Source: Gekko japonicus
Lineage: Eukaryota
DNA length: 64,000 bases
NCBI RefSeq assembly: GCF_001447785.1
Contig: NW_015167570.1
Coordinates: 66,091-130,090 of the forward strand
Reading direction: 5' to 3'
How positions within the stretch are numbered: position 1 is the first letter of the stretch; the number at the start of each line of letters is the position of its first letter. The notes below the pieces were generated by a model that saw only the letters and a list, made by a program, of their open reading frames with translations, was not told where the DNA came from and made no database searches. A program made the position numbers and the translations under genes. Below are positions 48,794 to 61,984 of this stretch, piece after piece.

Positions 48794-49163
48794 GTAAACT
48801 ATTTTCATACCTGGGTAGAAAGAGAAAAATCCTAATCTTGTAACAGCCCTATGCATGTTTAGTTGTAACTAAATACTGTTTGGTAGAACCTAAACCCACT
48901 CAAATATGCATTATACTGTGAATGCTACTCTACAATAGCATAGAGAGACAGCTACTCTTAGTAGCCTAAACACTGTCATTTATTACAGAACTTGCAGAGT
49001 ATGGTTTATGATATCTCATGCATTCGTCTTCACAGCTGTCTTATGATATTGGTGGTATTCCTCTTTGTGAGTGTGTACTCTGAGCCCCAAGCTTAAGTGA
49101 GATACTTGGAGATGAGTGGGTTGGATCCAGACTGAATTGGCAATTGCTACCTGTTTTCCCCGT

Positions 49164-49195
<32 letters not shown>

Positions 49196-49844
49196 GATCA
49201 TTCCTCAGGGTTACTTATCCCTCAGGACCAGCATTTTGTAGAAATCAATGGGAGTGGGAGGCAGGAAAGCATTCTGCCAGTAGAAAGTTTAGTCTGGATC
49301 CAACACTATGATTGCATCTTGCACTTTTAAAATTTGTTTTTGTAGCAGTGATGCAGGAAATGGAAAAGCCTGCAGTGATCAGGCATAGCATCAGTAATGC
49401 AATGGCTTTGCTTTCCTGCATACCACCATTCAAGGTCAGCCCCACCCACCATATTATATTCCCCACCCCCTTTTGGTTTGTTTCTGGAAGCAAAATCCGT
49501 TCTGCCCTGCAAACAGATCAGGAAGAGATTGGATGAGTCAAAGGAGACTGGAAGTGTGCTACACTAGTACTTTGTTACCCAGTGGGAGGGGGGGCTACGC
49601 CTGTGTCTGGTTCTTTATGCGTTCACCTTCTGAATTAAAAGAGTTAGAATTTCGGCTGCCAGACAATCCTCGTAGCTCCTGGCTATACAACACACACTGC
49701 CATACGACAAGTATAATTATTACCTTCTGAACCCAAGTCAAGGGTCCTTACTTAGCAGATATATATATAGAGAGAGTTCTGAAATGAAAGTGTTTGCTTT
49801 TTGTTGCATGTATTAACCTTTTTTCTGCTGTTTTATTTTTAAAG

Positions 49845-49940
49845 CTGCTAATGTTTAATTCTGAAAAACAAGGAAACAAGTTGCACCCTCACTCCTGCCT
49901 TCAGCTGCATTACAAACACTTGGATCATAGAGGACCTCAG
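49845..49940 (+). CDS. ATG2B: ATG2B exon 13
   Basis: Encodes LLMFNSEKQGNKLHPHSCLQLHYKHLDHRGPQ; AG/GT. Confidence 0.92.
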
Positions 49941-50072
49941 GTAAAGTTGGAGAGATTCTTCCCTCTAGTCTCAGAAAAGAAATGCATAAACTGTTGTTTG
50001 CTTGCCTGTGTGTGTGATGTACAAATAGTAGTCAAATGCCACTGAAGATTTGTATGTCCTTTTTTTTTGCAG

Positions 50073-50261
50073 GGTAGCCAAGGAAGACTGAGCTCTGTCC
50101 CACAGAAAGCTGAGTTACAAATAAAGTTGAATCCAGCATTTTGTGAATTAGATATCAGCATTGTAGACAGACTAAATTCTTTGCTTCAGCCACAAAAGCT
50201 AACTACAGTAGAGATGATGGCATCTCACATGTACACCTCATACAACAAACACATCAGCCTG
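50073..50261 (+). CDS. ATG2B: ATG2B exon 14
   Basis: Encodes GSQGRLSSVPQKAELQIKLNPAFCELDISIVDRLNSLLQPQKLTTVEMMASHMYTSYNKHISL; AG/GT. Confidence 0.95.
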
Positions 50262-50597
50262 GTATGCATCATAATACTTTGTTTGCAGGCTGGCTACCTT
50301 TTTGTCAGTACTAAGAAGAAAATGCCACCACAATGTTTAGCCTCATTGTTCTTCCTTCCCTCTCCTACAATGTGGTTGGCCACTGGTGAGGTTCATCAGT
50401 GAATGGGCCAGGCAGGCCAGTGGGGGAAAGGCCATGACTTTCCTTTCCTTTCTATTCTAATAAAAGCTCTATGATTCATAGATCTTGAGCGGTGAATACT
50501 TCTTATTAATCATTTATTACCCAATAGACAAAAGGAGTTTAAAAAATTGCAGCTGCTAGGATTTTGGGGGGTCCTTATCGGCAAGTAGAGATATAAC

Positions 50598-50803
50598 CAA
50601 TGCTCCCTCTAAGCTGTGGAGTCTTGTGAGCAAAAATTCTACATTGTGAGCTACTGGCATTAAAGTTGTGAGCGAGTGATTTGGCTGCTGCATCAATTAG
50701 CCTGTTCTGGAGCCATCCTTCCTGAGCAAAGACAAAAATGTATGAGCTGGAGGCTAAAAAATGGTGAGCTAGCTCACACTAACTCAGCTTAGAGGGAACA
50801 CTG
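50598..50803 (-). mobile_element. hAT-type MITE, family copy 4
   Basis: Reverse orientation of the 23352 family; perfect TSD GATATAAC. Confidence 0.88.
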
Positions 50804-50829
50804 GATATAACTCTTTCATATGGATATAA

Positions 50830-51130
50830 ATCAAATCAGGCTAACAAACATGGTGAAACATAGTGTCTCCTAAGGTTAATATACAAAGGACACTCCAGGA
50901 AAATGTGTGCAATGGTATTAGTCTTGCCTAAAGAGCAGGAGCAGATGCATTCTGAGTAAGCGAAGCACAAATCCCTTCCACTCATAACTACCCGAGAGTA
51001 AGCATTTAATCTGGCAGGTACAAAAGCTCTTAAAAGATTTGAAGAGGTTAACAGGTAAGTATAAGAGGGAGGAGATTTCGGAGGCTGAATTTCAAAAACT
51101 GAGATGAACAAGTATGATGCACTCTTGAAA
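50830..51130 (-). mobile_element. Degraded LINE ORF2 C-terminal fragment
   Basis: CCHC-like CSCSLGKTNTIAHIFLECPLY in ORF 50836-51111. Confidence 0.5.
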
Positions 51131-52956
51131 GCAGAGCTTCAATAATTAATTCATTTACATGACTTCTCACCAAAGCAAATGTTGCATGAGAACCCAATTC
51201 CTGACACCGTCAAATAAAAGTTTCTTGTGGATGGTCTTAAACCAGGAAACCTATAAGTGTCCTTTTTTAAGTGAGCCAGATAGCCCTTGCTACTTGAGTA
51301 TTATCTAATAAATATTCTGAACACTTGTAACCAAGGAAAGGTTGGCCTAATACAGAACAAAAAGCCACTCCAGTTAAACAGTGGGGAATATTTCACTGTC
51401 TCCACAAAAAGAAGTAAGAGTAGATGGTCAATGTTTTTGTTACCCAAAGCAATCTTTATGGCTACTCCATAAAGAATTATATGGGCAGTTTCTAAATTGA
51501 AAACTTGGACAGCACTTGGGAACATAATTCCCACCTTTATTTTGAAAAAAAATTAATATGCTACTAGCAAAATTTTCTTTATTTCTTATCAGCACCTGAT
51601 GTGGTCCCCATTTTAAAACAGATGAAAACAAGAATACCCAAATATGAAAACTCCTTTACTTGTTGTACCGTATTTCTTCACCATTCAGTGTCCAGCAGTA
51701 TGCTGTAGGATTTCTTTCTTTAAGAGAAGGCAACTACTTCAGAATTCTGATTGCTTATTCTCAGGCCTTCTCTAATACAATGTTCAAAAAAAGTTTTTAA
51801 ATGTCTCTGAAGACCAGCTCTCATTTGAGCTAATAGAACAGTATCATCAGCATAGAGCAAAACTGGAATATTACAATTGGCCAAACAAGATGGGTGACAG
51901 AAGTCATTAAAATGAGTTGAAAGATATATAGTTTAAATGGGGCCAAAAAGGCCATGCTTTCCCTTCTGCTTAGCTGCAAATGGATAAGGAACAACATATG
52001 AGAATCAACCTTGAGACAGAACAGCTATTTAACTGAAATCTTCATACTTTCAATTCTGTGTTTATAATTTTTCATATATTAAAAGTCTATACCAAACAGT
52101 CCAGGGGCCTGCAAGAAAGGGTGTATTTTTTTTAATTGTCCCTCCATTCCGACCAGATCTCCACCTCTGTGATTCTCTAAGCTGTCAGAGGCTTGAGCAT
52201 GCTAATTTTCCCCTCCTCTTATTTTTCCTTTTAACTGCTTTTTAACTATTCTCAGCGCTCATTGTCCCTCAGAGTATAGTCAGTAATAGTTATTGTACCA
52301 TCGCAAGGAAAGTATTTTAAGTTACGAAGTCATTTTTTTTTCTGCCTTCCAAGCAAACCTGAATACCTCTGAGTAAAACCCGTTGTCTTCTCTTCAGGTG
52401 CTTTGTTTTACTGTTGTAATAATTGACAGCAACCACCCAGTTTACTAATAGATGCATGCATAATAAAGCATTAAATCGCTGTAGGTTTCTCTATGCTCTC
52501 AACTAAATTATATATACTGGGTTAAAAGGAGCCATATTCACAAGGGACGTTTGGCCTTTTTGCACAATTGCGGTTCTTTGCTCTTCAAAAATCTGCTTCT
52601 GAGGGTAAGAGGTTTTTTTAACCGTCAGTACATTATGCTCTTTGGGGAAATTGATCCCCTCCCCTCAAAGTGTGGATGGGAATGCTTTCTGCTCCTGAAT
52701 GGTACTGTTTTGCCACAATTTGTTACCGTGTTTTGTAAATAATGGAAAAGGAAATACTGTGGTTGGAGGTGAGATATGATTGATTTCTAGACCACATTTC
52801 TAAGAATTGCTGCTCAACTTTCTTCCAGGGAGAATTATTTTTCCTCTGCTAGTAAGTGTAACTTTTTTCCCTCATGAAAATTGCTGGAAGTAGATGCAAT
52901 AAATTATTTGTCTTCCTGGTGTTTCTTTCCTCTCTTTCTTTTTCCTGCCATTTTAG

Positions 52957-53230
52957 CACAAAGCTTTTGCTGAAGTTTTTCTAGATGATTCACGTACTCC
53001 TGCAAATTGCAAAGTATCAGTACAAGTAACCGCACCATCTTTGAAGCTTTCCGTTCGCTTCCCAATACCTGACCTACGATCAGACCCAGAACGAGGACCT
53101 TGGTTTAAAAAGTCACTTCAGAAAGAAATTCTTCATTTAGAATTTGTGGATATGGAACTTCAGACAGAGTTTACCGGAGGGCCAACTCCAGAGCAAGTTA
53201 AAGTAGAGCTCACTTTTAAAGAGCTAACTG
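52957..53230 (+). CDS. ATG2B: ATG2B exon 15
   Basis: Encodes HKAFAEVFLDDSRTPANCKVSVQVTAPSLKLSVRFPIPDLRSDPERGPWFKKSLQKE...TFKELT; AG/GTAAG. Confidence 0.95.
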
Positions 53231-54401
53231 GTAAGATGAACAAATTGTCAGTGAGCAGTTACGGTATGCTGCTGTAGTTGTGTTGAGCCCCCCAAAATAA
53301 GAGAGATCTTTACAGGTTCAGTTTCTATTGTGTTTGGAATATGCAGGCTCCTCAAAGAGAACGGATCAGTTTTTATACATTATAGCACATGTAGTGGTGA
53401 TATTTTCCACAACTACAGATAAAATCTGATATTCTGTAGTTCAGACATACATCTGTTGCTGGAGGTTATAGATCCTTGTTCTTGAGGTACTGCAGTTGTT
53501 TGTAACCCTCTTTGGATGCACAGGACATCTATAATAATTAGCTACTTTTCTGGGTAATGTAAGGATTCTATATAATGTGGACGCTTCCATGTTTTAGGGA
53601 AGGAGCTTGTCTGTTTTGATGCTGCCTTTTGACTGAATACTTCTATTATTGTTGCATTGACCTTGCTATTTAGTCTTCCTTGAGGAATTTGTGGGTAGCA
53701 TAAGCTTATGTCAATATCAAAAGTTTTAGTGTAAATGACATTTCAAAACATGCTTGCGAAGCTGGGACACCTGAAGTTTCTTGGCACTCCTTGACTGTAG
53801 CATTAGAGAAGCTGTTCATCTGGACACTACAAAGACCTTCTTTGAAAAGAATTTGATTCTATTTTGACTTAAACAGGGAGTAGGTAAAAGAAAGGTCATG
53901 TGCTGTAATCCCATAAAGCTCTGAACAGGAGGGTGTTCAATAACCTAGCTGGTGATATTAACATATTGGTAGCTTAGGTGGACGCCCTCATACCTCCATA
54001 TTCTTCTGAATAATCTTTTTTGTATTCTTTACTGGTTAGCTTGATTGTTTGCTGTTTTGCACAGTAATGGGCTGTAAGAGTTTCTGTAGTACACTTTGCC
54101 AACAATTTAAAATTTCACATTGAATTCCAGGATAGTAGTTGTCTTGCGAAGAGCATTGTGGTGTTACAAAGGTTAACCAATTTGGCATGCGTTTCCATAG
54201 GTGAGGTTCTATTCTATAAAATAGCAGATCGCTGTACAAAAAGTAGGTTTCAAATAATGTCTCTTCTGATGTCACTGAGTTCAGAAAAAGACTAGTAAAA
54301 GCTGATATTTAAAAATCCAAATTGTGTTTACGATTATTATGCCAGCACAACTAATTGCAGACCCATACAACCTAATCTGTTGCTCATTTGTTTTATAACA
54401 G

Positions 54402-54504
54402 GGTCATTTGAAGAAGGTAAAGGGGAATCAGTGGTAAATTTTCTTCAAGTCTCCAGTGGTGTAGTTGGAGAGATGACCTCATCAGACAACTTTGACTGGC
54501 CACG
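54402..54504 (+). CDS. ATG2B: ATG2B exon 16
   Basis: Encodes SFEEGKGESVVNFLQVSSGVVGEMTSSDNFDWPR; AG/GT. Confidence 0.93.
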
Positions 54505-55129
54505 GTAAAGCAGGATACTTGGTGGGATGATAACTCCGTAACACCCCCTCTTGTTCCTAAGAGCTTCTGCATATGATCAAATGCCACCAGTGGTGTTTCT
54601 TCTCTGGTTCCCAGATGCTTCTAGTTTTCCACTACTCAGATAGCAGAGGTCAGGTCCCACGATCCATCAACAGGATGCTCTGATGGCCGCAAGTCTTCCT
54701 GCTCTCCCCCTAATCTCAGCTGCTTCTTGGACCCATGTTGAATAATAGCCACATGGGCCAGGAGGCTGCAGCAGGGAGGGAAAGACTGAAATCGCCTCCT
54801 CCTCCTCCTCCTCCTCCTGCTGTCACTGGAGCTCTGCACACAGCAGAGGCTGGAGAAAGAGATTTAGGAATCACAGATCCTTATGCAGACCTCACAAAGT
54901 CCTTGTGCTGGATCCAACCCCAGAATTCATTAAATTAGGTTATTATAATCCAGGGGTAATTAAGTGCTTCTGATGTTGGTAACGGTCTCTGAAGGTGGTG
55001 GCAATATTGTCCATATAGGGTAGCATCTCCTAATGTATTTTTTCAATGGAGATGCTCTGCCATAGATCCAAGGGGGTTGTTATCATTGTTAAAATGTCTG
55101 TGACAGATTTAAATACAACTGATCATGTA

Positions 55130-55900
55130 TGACAATAGCTAATGTGATTTTGGGCTGTATCAACAGAAGTATAGTGTCCAGATCACGCAAAGTGATGGTA
55201 TCGCTTTACTCTGATCTGGTTAGATCTTACCGAAAGTATTGTGTTCAGTTTTGGGCAATTTAAGAAGGACATAGATAAGATGGAACGTGTCCAGAGAACA
55301 GCAACAAAGATGGTGAGGGGTCTGGAGACAAAGGCCTATAGAGGTGATATGATAACCATCTTCAAGTACTTGAAGGGCTGTCTTATAGAGGATGGTGCAG
55401 AATTGTTTTCTGTTGCCCCAGAAGGTTGAACCAGAACTAGAAGAATGAAATGAAATCAACCGAGTTTTCGGCTAAACATTAGGAAGAACGTCCTGACAGA
55501 GTGGTTCCTCAGTGGAACAGGCTTCCTTGGGAGGTGGTGGGCTCTCTTTCTTTGGAGGTTTTCAAACAGAGGCTAGATGGCCATCTGACGGCAATGCAGA
55601 TTCTGTGAACTTAGGCAAATCATGAGAGGGAGGGCAGGAAGGGTTGCATCAGTGCTTAGTTCTTGGGGCCCTTCCTTGCACACCCAAGGAAATGCTGCTG
55701 ATCACCACTTTGGGGTCAGGAAGTAATTTCCTCCAAGCCAGTTTGGCCAGGGATCTTGGAGGGGTTTTTTCTGCCATCTTTTGGGCACGGAACAGGGGTC
55801 ACTGTATGTGTGTGTGTGTGTGTGGGAAGGTATTTGTGAGTGTCCTGCATTGTGCAGGGGGTTGGACTTGATGACCCTGGGGACCCCTTCCAACTCTGAT
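55130..55900 (+). mobile_element. 5'-truncated CR1 LINE (same subfamily as the 9056 copy)
   Basis: [23 protein letters not shown]; 3' UTR homologous to the reverse complement of 9056-9400. Confidence 0.9.
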
Positions 55901-56598
55901 GCTAACAAAACAGCAATAAAGGTAGATTTATAATTTGTCAAATAAAAGGTTGTCTATAAGTGGGTCTAACTGGGAAAACCTGTTACATGTCTGTTATGAA
56001 ATAAGTGTGTTCAACCACAGTACCAGATTAAGAAACCATCTTCGGAATGTCACATAAACTCAAGCAATATGGCTGATTGCTGTAATACAGATTTTGGGTT
56101 CTAATGCTTACTGGTTGGTGGTAGCAAAAGTAGCTTTAATGCTTTATTCTAACCATGTATTCTGCTAACAGAAGACTTTTTGACATTGGAGAATTTTAGC
56201 TGATTTTCCATCTCCATTGCAGACTAAATGAGTCTTCCACACTCCATGCAGGGTTCAGAACAGCAGAAGGTTATATGGTACACTGGTTAGAGTGTTGGAT
56301 TAGGTTCTGGGAGCACACTGTGTGGGTGATCTGGAAAGGCAGAACAGATTTAGGCCAATTATTATAACTCAGTAGTTGCTGTCTTGTTGCTAGCGAGCTA
56401 GCAGCAGCTGAGTTACATCTGGGCAAAACAGGTGTGTGTGTGTATACACGTACACAGAGAGAAAGAGAGCATTTCAAGGCCAGATCTATCACTTTGTGAC
56501 AAATTATTAATACACTTTACAAATATCTTTTAAGTGCTCTAAAATTCAGATACCTGCTTCATCACTCGTCATGCTTCCTCTTCTTATTTGAATGCTAG

Positions 56599-56794
56599 GA
56601 TTGTACTAAAAATAAACCCACTTGCCGTACACTCCATTCTGGAAAGGGTAGCTGCTGAGGATGAAGAGGAAGTTGATGGCCACTTTCAAGAGGAAGAAGA
56701 AGGTGGCTCTCATTCTCTGAAGGATGTGTGTGATCTTAGAAGACCAGAGCCGTCTCCCTTTTCCTCTCGTAGGGTCATGTTTGAGAATGAAGAG
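56599..56794 (+). CDS. ATG2B: ATG2B exon 17
   Basis: Encodes IVLKINPLAVHSILERVAAEDEEE...PEPSPFSSRRVMFENEE; AG/GTAAG. Confidence 0.95.
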
Positions 56795-57741
56795 GTAAGC
56801 ATGAAGAGTCCTATTTAGCCTCATCTCAATGTCCAGTTCTTGTGGTCTATATGGGAAGGGGGTGGGTTCTGCTGTGCAAGGTTCATTTGCCAGGTACGTG
56901 AATGAACAGGTGAAGTACAATACCAGGTTGTACAGAGAATACAGCAGTATCCTGCAGTAAGCTTGGGAGTGTCAGTTACTTCATGCACTTTCAGTTATGT
57001 GCCACAAGATGATTGCTGTGTGTATATACTTCCTATTCAAATGAACATGCCTTTGGGAAACTAATTGCATCCAGTAGGTTTATGATGATTAATCTCCAAG
57101 AAGTCACAATTTATGGTGGTTAATTATTTGTTGAGGTTATGCCAGCTGATTGCAAACCAGTTCCCTAAGGCAGGACTACACAGCTTTTGAACCAACATGG
57201 TGAATGGGGTTTATGAATCATGTATGGCACTCCTCCAAGCCTCAGTGAGCGTCCTCGCTTTTTGCCTAGTAGTGCAGAGGCAGGGGTTGCCAGGCAGCTG
57301 GAAAATTGCCACACGTGGCTGGTGGATTGCATTAATCTAGGTAGGTCACAGCTTGTACAGGTCCATTACTTGAACATGTACAGTGACCCTTTGTAGGCTC
57401 TTGATTAATCCACATTTAAAAAGTGCCTCAGGCCCATTGAGTCTCTGATCAGTTAACAAGTATAATTGAGTTTACTTTTATTTTAGCCAAACTTGTGTTT
57501 AAAAGAAGCGCTTGAGATCTTCAGATGTGGCATGATCTTGGAGCCATTAGTAGAAGTACTGAAGGTGGAAATCAGCCATGCTTGACTGGGAATCAGAAAG
57601 TATACCCTCAGTAACTGTTGATGCGTGTTGTGCTACAATAGGGTGGGGGACTTAATAGTTGCTTTTGTGGCTCTGCTTTAACTGAGGGTGTTCCTCGCTA
57701 TGTTTTATTTTTACCTACTTGAGATTTTGTTTCATGTCTAG

Positions 57742-57884
57742 ATGGTGATGCCAGGAGACACAGTGGAGATGATTCAGTTTCAGGATAAAGCCATCAGCAA
57801 TTCTCATTATGTACTGGAACTCTTGCTACCAAATGTGTGCTTAACATTACCAAACAAGAGTTTTTATGAGAAGCTTTACAATAG
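57742..57884 (+). CDS. ATG2B: ATG2B exon 18 (GC donor)
   Basis: Encodes MVMPGDTVEMIQFQDKAISNSHYVLELLLPNVCLTLPNKSFYEKLYNR; donor AG|GCAAGT; phase 2 fits exon 19. Confidence 0.92.
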
Positions 57885-59310
57885 GCAAGTATTAAGCTTA
57901 AGTCTTCTTAGGAGATAGGACCTGTAACTTTTTTTGGTCAATCTGTTTAATTGTTTGTGAAAACAAGAGTCAGACCGCTTCATAGTGGCAGTCATTTAGA
58001 GAACCGCACAGCTAGTTCAGTATACCCAATGTGTTTTTTTATTGTCTTCCATGTTCTCTCAACAAAGGCCCTCTGTGTCCTCTTGCTACTTGCAAGTCAC
58101 TTTTGGAAAGGATGTTCCTTGAGGTAGATTACCTCACATGGTCAGCACTCAAAGAAAAAAAAACTTGCAAGTCCCGTTAGATCTGCATTAAGGGCATAGA
58201 CAATCATCGTTCTCTGGATTATAGTCAGTAGTTGTACATTGTCTTACTTCTAAAGAGCTGTACATTACTACGCTTCTAAAGAGCTGTATTGATACTATTA
58301 CAGTTCATTTTCTCAAATATTTTGGGGGTTTGGGGTTTTTTTTTAGCTTCTAAACAAATATTTCAAATGTTGGCACTTTCAAAATGATAGGAATGTCAGT
58401 AACCTATTAATGCGGCCTTATTTGTCCATTCTTCGTTTCCCCCTGCAAAATTGGGGAGGTCTCAGAGGAAGAGCATCTACTTTGCATGCAGAAGGCCCCA
58501 AATTCAATCCCCAGCAACTGCAGTTAAAAGGACCAGGCAGAAGGTGATATGAAAAACCTCTGCCTGAGATCCTGGGAATCCACTGTCATTCTAAGCAAAT
58601 GTTACTGACACTTGGTGGGCCAATGGTCTGATGTGGCATAAGAGAGAGGCGCTAAATGAAATAACAATACTGCAAGATATCTGTATGTCCTGGTAACAGT
58701 ATTAATACAAAAATATATAGTGATATTCTGTAACAAGTACAAAAACATTTGCAATAGAGGTACAGAGTCAAATGGAGTCTTCTAACAAAGTTTCCGGATT
58801 GTGTGTTCGTTTTGTAAATCTTTAGAGAAGGACCAGTACATAACTGCAGTAACCATTATTTCTTAGTACTTCATTGAAAAGTCTGTACAGCCAGACTGTA
58901 CTTTGAACTGTTTACGATGAACAAGGTGGCCCATCTATATATCCTTGATATGCCTTATAAAACCGAATAATTTTTCTTGTTTGAAGAATAATGATTTAAC
59001 TGTATATAGTCTCTCTCTGGTTCTTTCATAGTTTTTGTGGCTGTGCTTCTCTGGTTCGTTCGGTACTACTGATGTAGTATAAGGCAGCTTCACGTGTCCA
59101 GGCTCTTTTTACCATGCAAGCAAAGGCTGGGCTTTATAGTATCAAGGTGTAAATGCAGCCAATTGCCTATACTTTTCAGAAATACAGTATTACAGAATTC
59201 TTTATGAACATATTTTTCCAAATCACAGTCTTAGTTTTGCTCTTTTGAATTGTCTCCATGTTTTTCCATAAGCATGGAATTTAATGTAACCATGTCTTCT
59301 TCTTTTCTAG

Positions 59311-59468
59311 GATCAGTAATGATTTATTATTGTGGGAACCCACAGCTCCATCTCCTGTAGAAACATTTGAAAATCTGTCTTACGGTGTTGGACTTTCAGT
59401 GGCCAGCCAGCTGATCAACACTTTCAGTAAAGAAAGTTTTAGTCAATTCAAATCTACTATTCACTATG
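59311..59468 (+). CDS. ATG2B: ATG2B exon 19
   Basis: Encodes ISNDLLLWEPTAPSPVETFENLSYGVGLSVASQLINTFSKESFSQFKSTIHY; AG/GT. Confidence 0.95.
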
Positions 59469-59705
59469 GTAATATACTGTAGAAATCCTCTAAAATTGCA
59501 GTGCTAAAAATGAGTCTGTATGTGTTAGTGTATCTCAAGTGGCTGTAGCTGCTAAACTGATAAAGGGACTACTGTTTATTCCCCAAAGGGAAAATTTAAA
59601 CCTGCTTTACAGGGAAAATAATTTAATTTCCTTAAAGTTGAAAAATGTCCTTGGTGCATTGTTGTACAGATGAATTGTTTAAATATGTAATTGTTTTTCT
59701 TGTAG

Positions 59706-59878
59706 ATGATGAGAGTGGATCCGAAGAGGAAACATTACAATATTATTCTACACTCGATCCCAACTACTCTTCAAGAAGGAAGAAAAAAGTTGAATCCCAA
59801 AACAGGAACACTCAGAGTTTTCTTTCAGTTCTTTTGAATGTTAATCATGGATTAGTGTCAATATTCACAGATGTGAAG
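59706..59878 (+). CDS. ATG2B: ATG2B exon 20
   Basis: Encodes DESGSEEETLQYYSTLDPNYSSRRKKKVESQNRNTQSFLSVLLNVNHGLVSIFTDVK; AG/GTAAG. Confidence 0.95.
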
Positions 59879-59992
59879 GTAAGAAAAACAACTAGCTTTG
59901 TCTTGTTCCTTATAGCGTGTAGTGTGTTGGTTATCAGCCTTAGGGTAACATGGGAAGGGGAGAGGGGGAACTCTAAGCCTCTTAGATATATT

Positions 59993-60375
59993 CAGGCTAT
60001 AGTCAGGTGGGTAGCCATGTTGATCTGATGCAACGGAACCAAATATGAATCCAGTGGCAGCTTTAAGACCAATAAAGTTTTATCCAAGGCATAAGCTTTA
60101 GTGCGCACGCACACTTCTTCAGATACATTGAAAATGGAAGTTACCAGTTCATACATATAGGAAGAGGGTGAGCAACAAATTAGTGCCAGCATAATAAAGG
60201 TTGTTTAACAGATGCAAGGACCAAATTGAAATAACAAGCTCAGTTTATATGGTCACCATTTGTTTGGGTTTAATTCTGGGGGGAAACATATCTGGAGACG
60301 TGTTTGCACACTAAAGCTTATACTTGGATAAAACTTAGTTGTCTTAAAGGTGCCGCTGGACTCAAATTTTGTCCA
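59993..60375. mobile_element. Penelope-like insertion with inverted terminal segments
   Basis: ~60045-60126 is inversely homologous to ~60288-60363; flanking direct repeat CTTAGATATATT/CTTAGATATGTT. Confidence 0.65.
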
Positions 60376-60499
60376 CTTAGATATGTTTTGGCGTTAACAA
60401 AGGAATGTTTTCAGCAGTAACAGTTATCTTAATTGTTGCAAGAAGTTCCAAACCACTAAATGCATTTGGATTTGATTATCTTTCTTATCCTTTCTCTAG

Positions 60500-60650
60500 C
60501 AGGATGATGGGAATATACTAGAAGGCAAACATGGAGAATTTTGGTTTGAATTCAGTAGTGGTTCTTTGTTCTGTGTTACAAAATACGAGGGCTTTGAAGA
60601 CAAACATTATATATGTCTCCACTCTGGTAGTCTCAGCTTATATCATCAAG
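60500..60650 (+). CDS. ATG2B: ATG2B exon 21
   Basis: Encodes QDDGNILEGKHGEFWFEFSSGSLFCVTKYEGFEDKHYICLHSGSLSLYHQ; acceptor TAG|CAG. Confidence 0.94.
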
Positions 60651-61784
60651 GTAAAAAAAAAATGAAGTATTAATTTGTTGTAAACTTTTGAGCTCAAATC
60701 TGTGGAAGGTTGGGAAGAACATGCTGCTATCAGTTGCCTAGGCAGTGTAATAAAGGGTATAATACATATCTGGAAAGGGTTTGTGGGTCCTGCAAGCTGA
60801 ATGGCTTCGAAGCTATTCCACATACCGGATTGTTTCCTGATATTGTGAGACAATGCTGCTGTTTACACCTCTGTTGGATTGTATCAAAGGTCTATCTGCT
60901 TCAGTGTTCTGTTGCCAGTAGGGTGTTTCTGGGAAGTTTACGACAGAATGGAATGATGTTGACCAGTCCTTTAATTTCTTTATTCCTCAGCAAGTGGAAT
61001 TTAAATATATACTGTGTCTTGGCATGGAAATTTCATCTGTTTATCAAACGTAACAACTATTGTTAGATTATCTTCCATGAATCTGGCTTACCCCTTTTTT
61101 CAGATTTATTTCCGTTACTTTTATATTCAGTCGGGGGGGGGGGGGGCTTGAAATCCTTCATGTTTAATGCTTTAGAGGATTCTCCTTTCAAGGTGTAACT
61201 CTCAATTCCAGGATGTGAATCCAGTTGAATTTCACTGGAGATGTAAGTCTAATAAAGGATTTGCATAAACTCATTCAATACAGCTCTGTTCTAGGTGCAG
61301 TATTCATAATGATACTGTCTGGAAAAGTTTCTCTGTATTTTTTTGAAGAATGGTGTGGATTCTTTTTAAAAAAAAGAGAATATGACACACCAAAAGTATG
61401 TAATAGTTGTGGGAAAACCTGAATTAGAAGTTACAATGGATGCCTGTGACAAGAGGGTCCACATAGCAAAATGAAAGTCTCCTATTTAGGTAAATTAACT
61501 TTATTATAATCAACCGTATGCTTATAGGTAGAAAAATTATTGTATATGGCCATAGGCCTTTACAATCCAAACATAATAAAAACATACATCTGATGCAGAT
61601 AAAATGTAATCAACGTTAAAATCAGATCATTTCTAAAGACTGTTAGATGACAATGTATATCAGCTGCCTTACACATATTTTAATATAAACCAGATTATTC
61701 CATCTGTAGAGTAAAATAATGCATTTTCCTCTGATGTATATTACTTCAGAGGACCATCTAACACTAAAATAAATCTTTCTGCAG

Positions 61785-61984
61785 GTATAGTAGATGGTGT
61801 TGTCTCTCCATCTGAGATCAGACTGCCAACTACAACACATCCTCACTGGTTAGAACCTACCATTTATGTTTCTGAAGAAGGCAGCCTCAGTAGGACTTCA
61901 TCAGATGGTGTGGGAGTGGATTGCTTAAGTATGCTGTCTGTTGCAGTTAAGATACAGTCAAATAAGTCTGAGACCAATACAAAG
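61785..61984 (+). CDS. ATG2B: ATG2B exon 22
   Basis: Encodes IVDGVVSPSEIRLPTTTHPHWLEPTIYVSEE...MLSVAVKIQSNKSETNTK; AG/GT. Confidence 0.95.
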
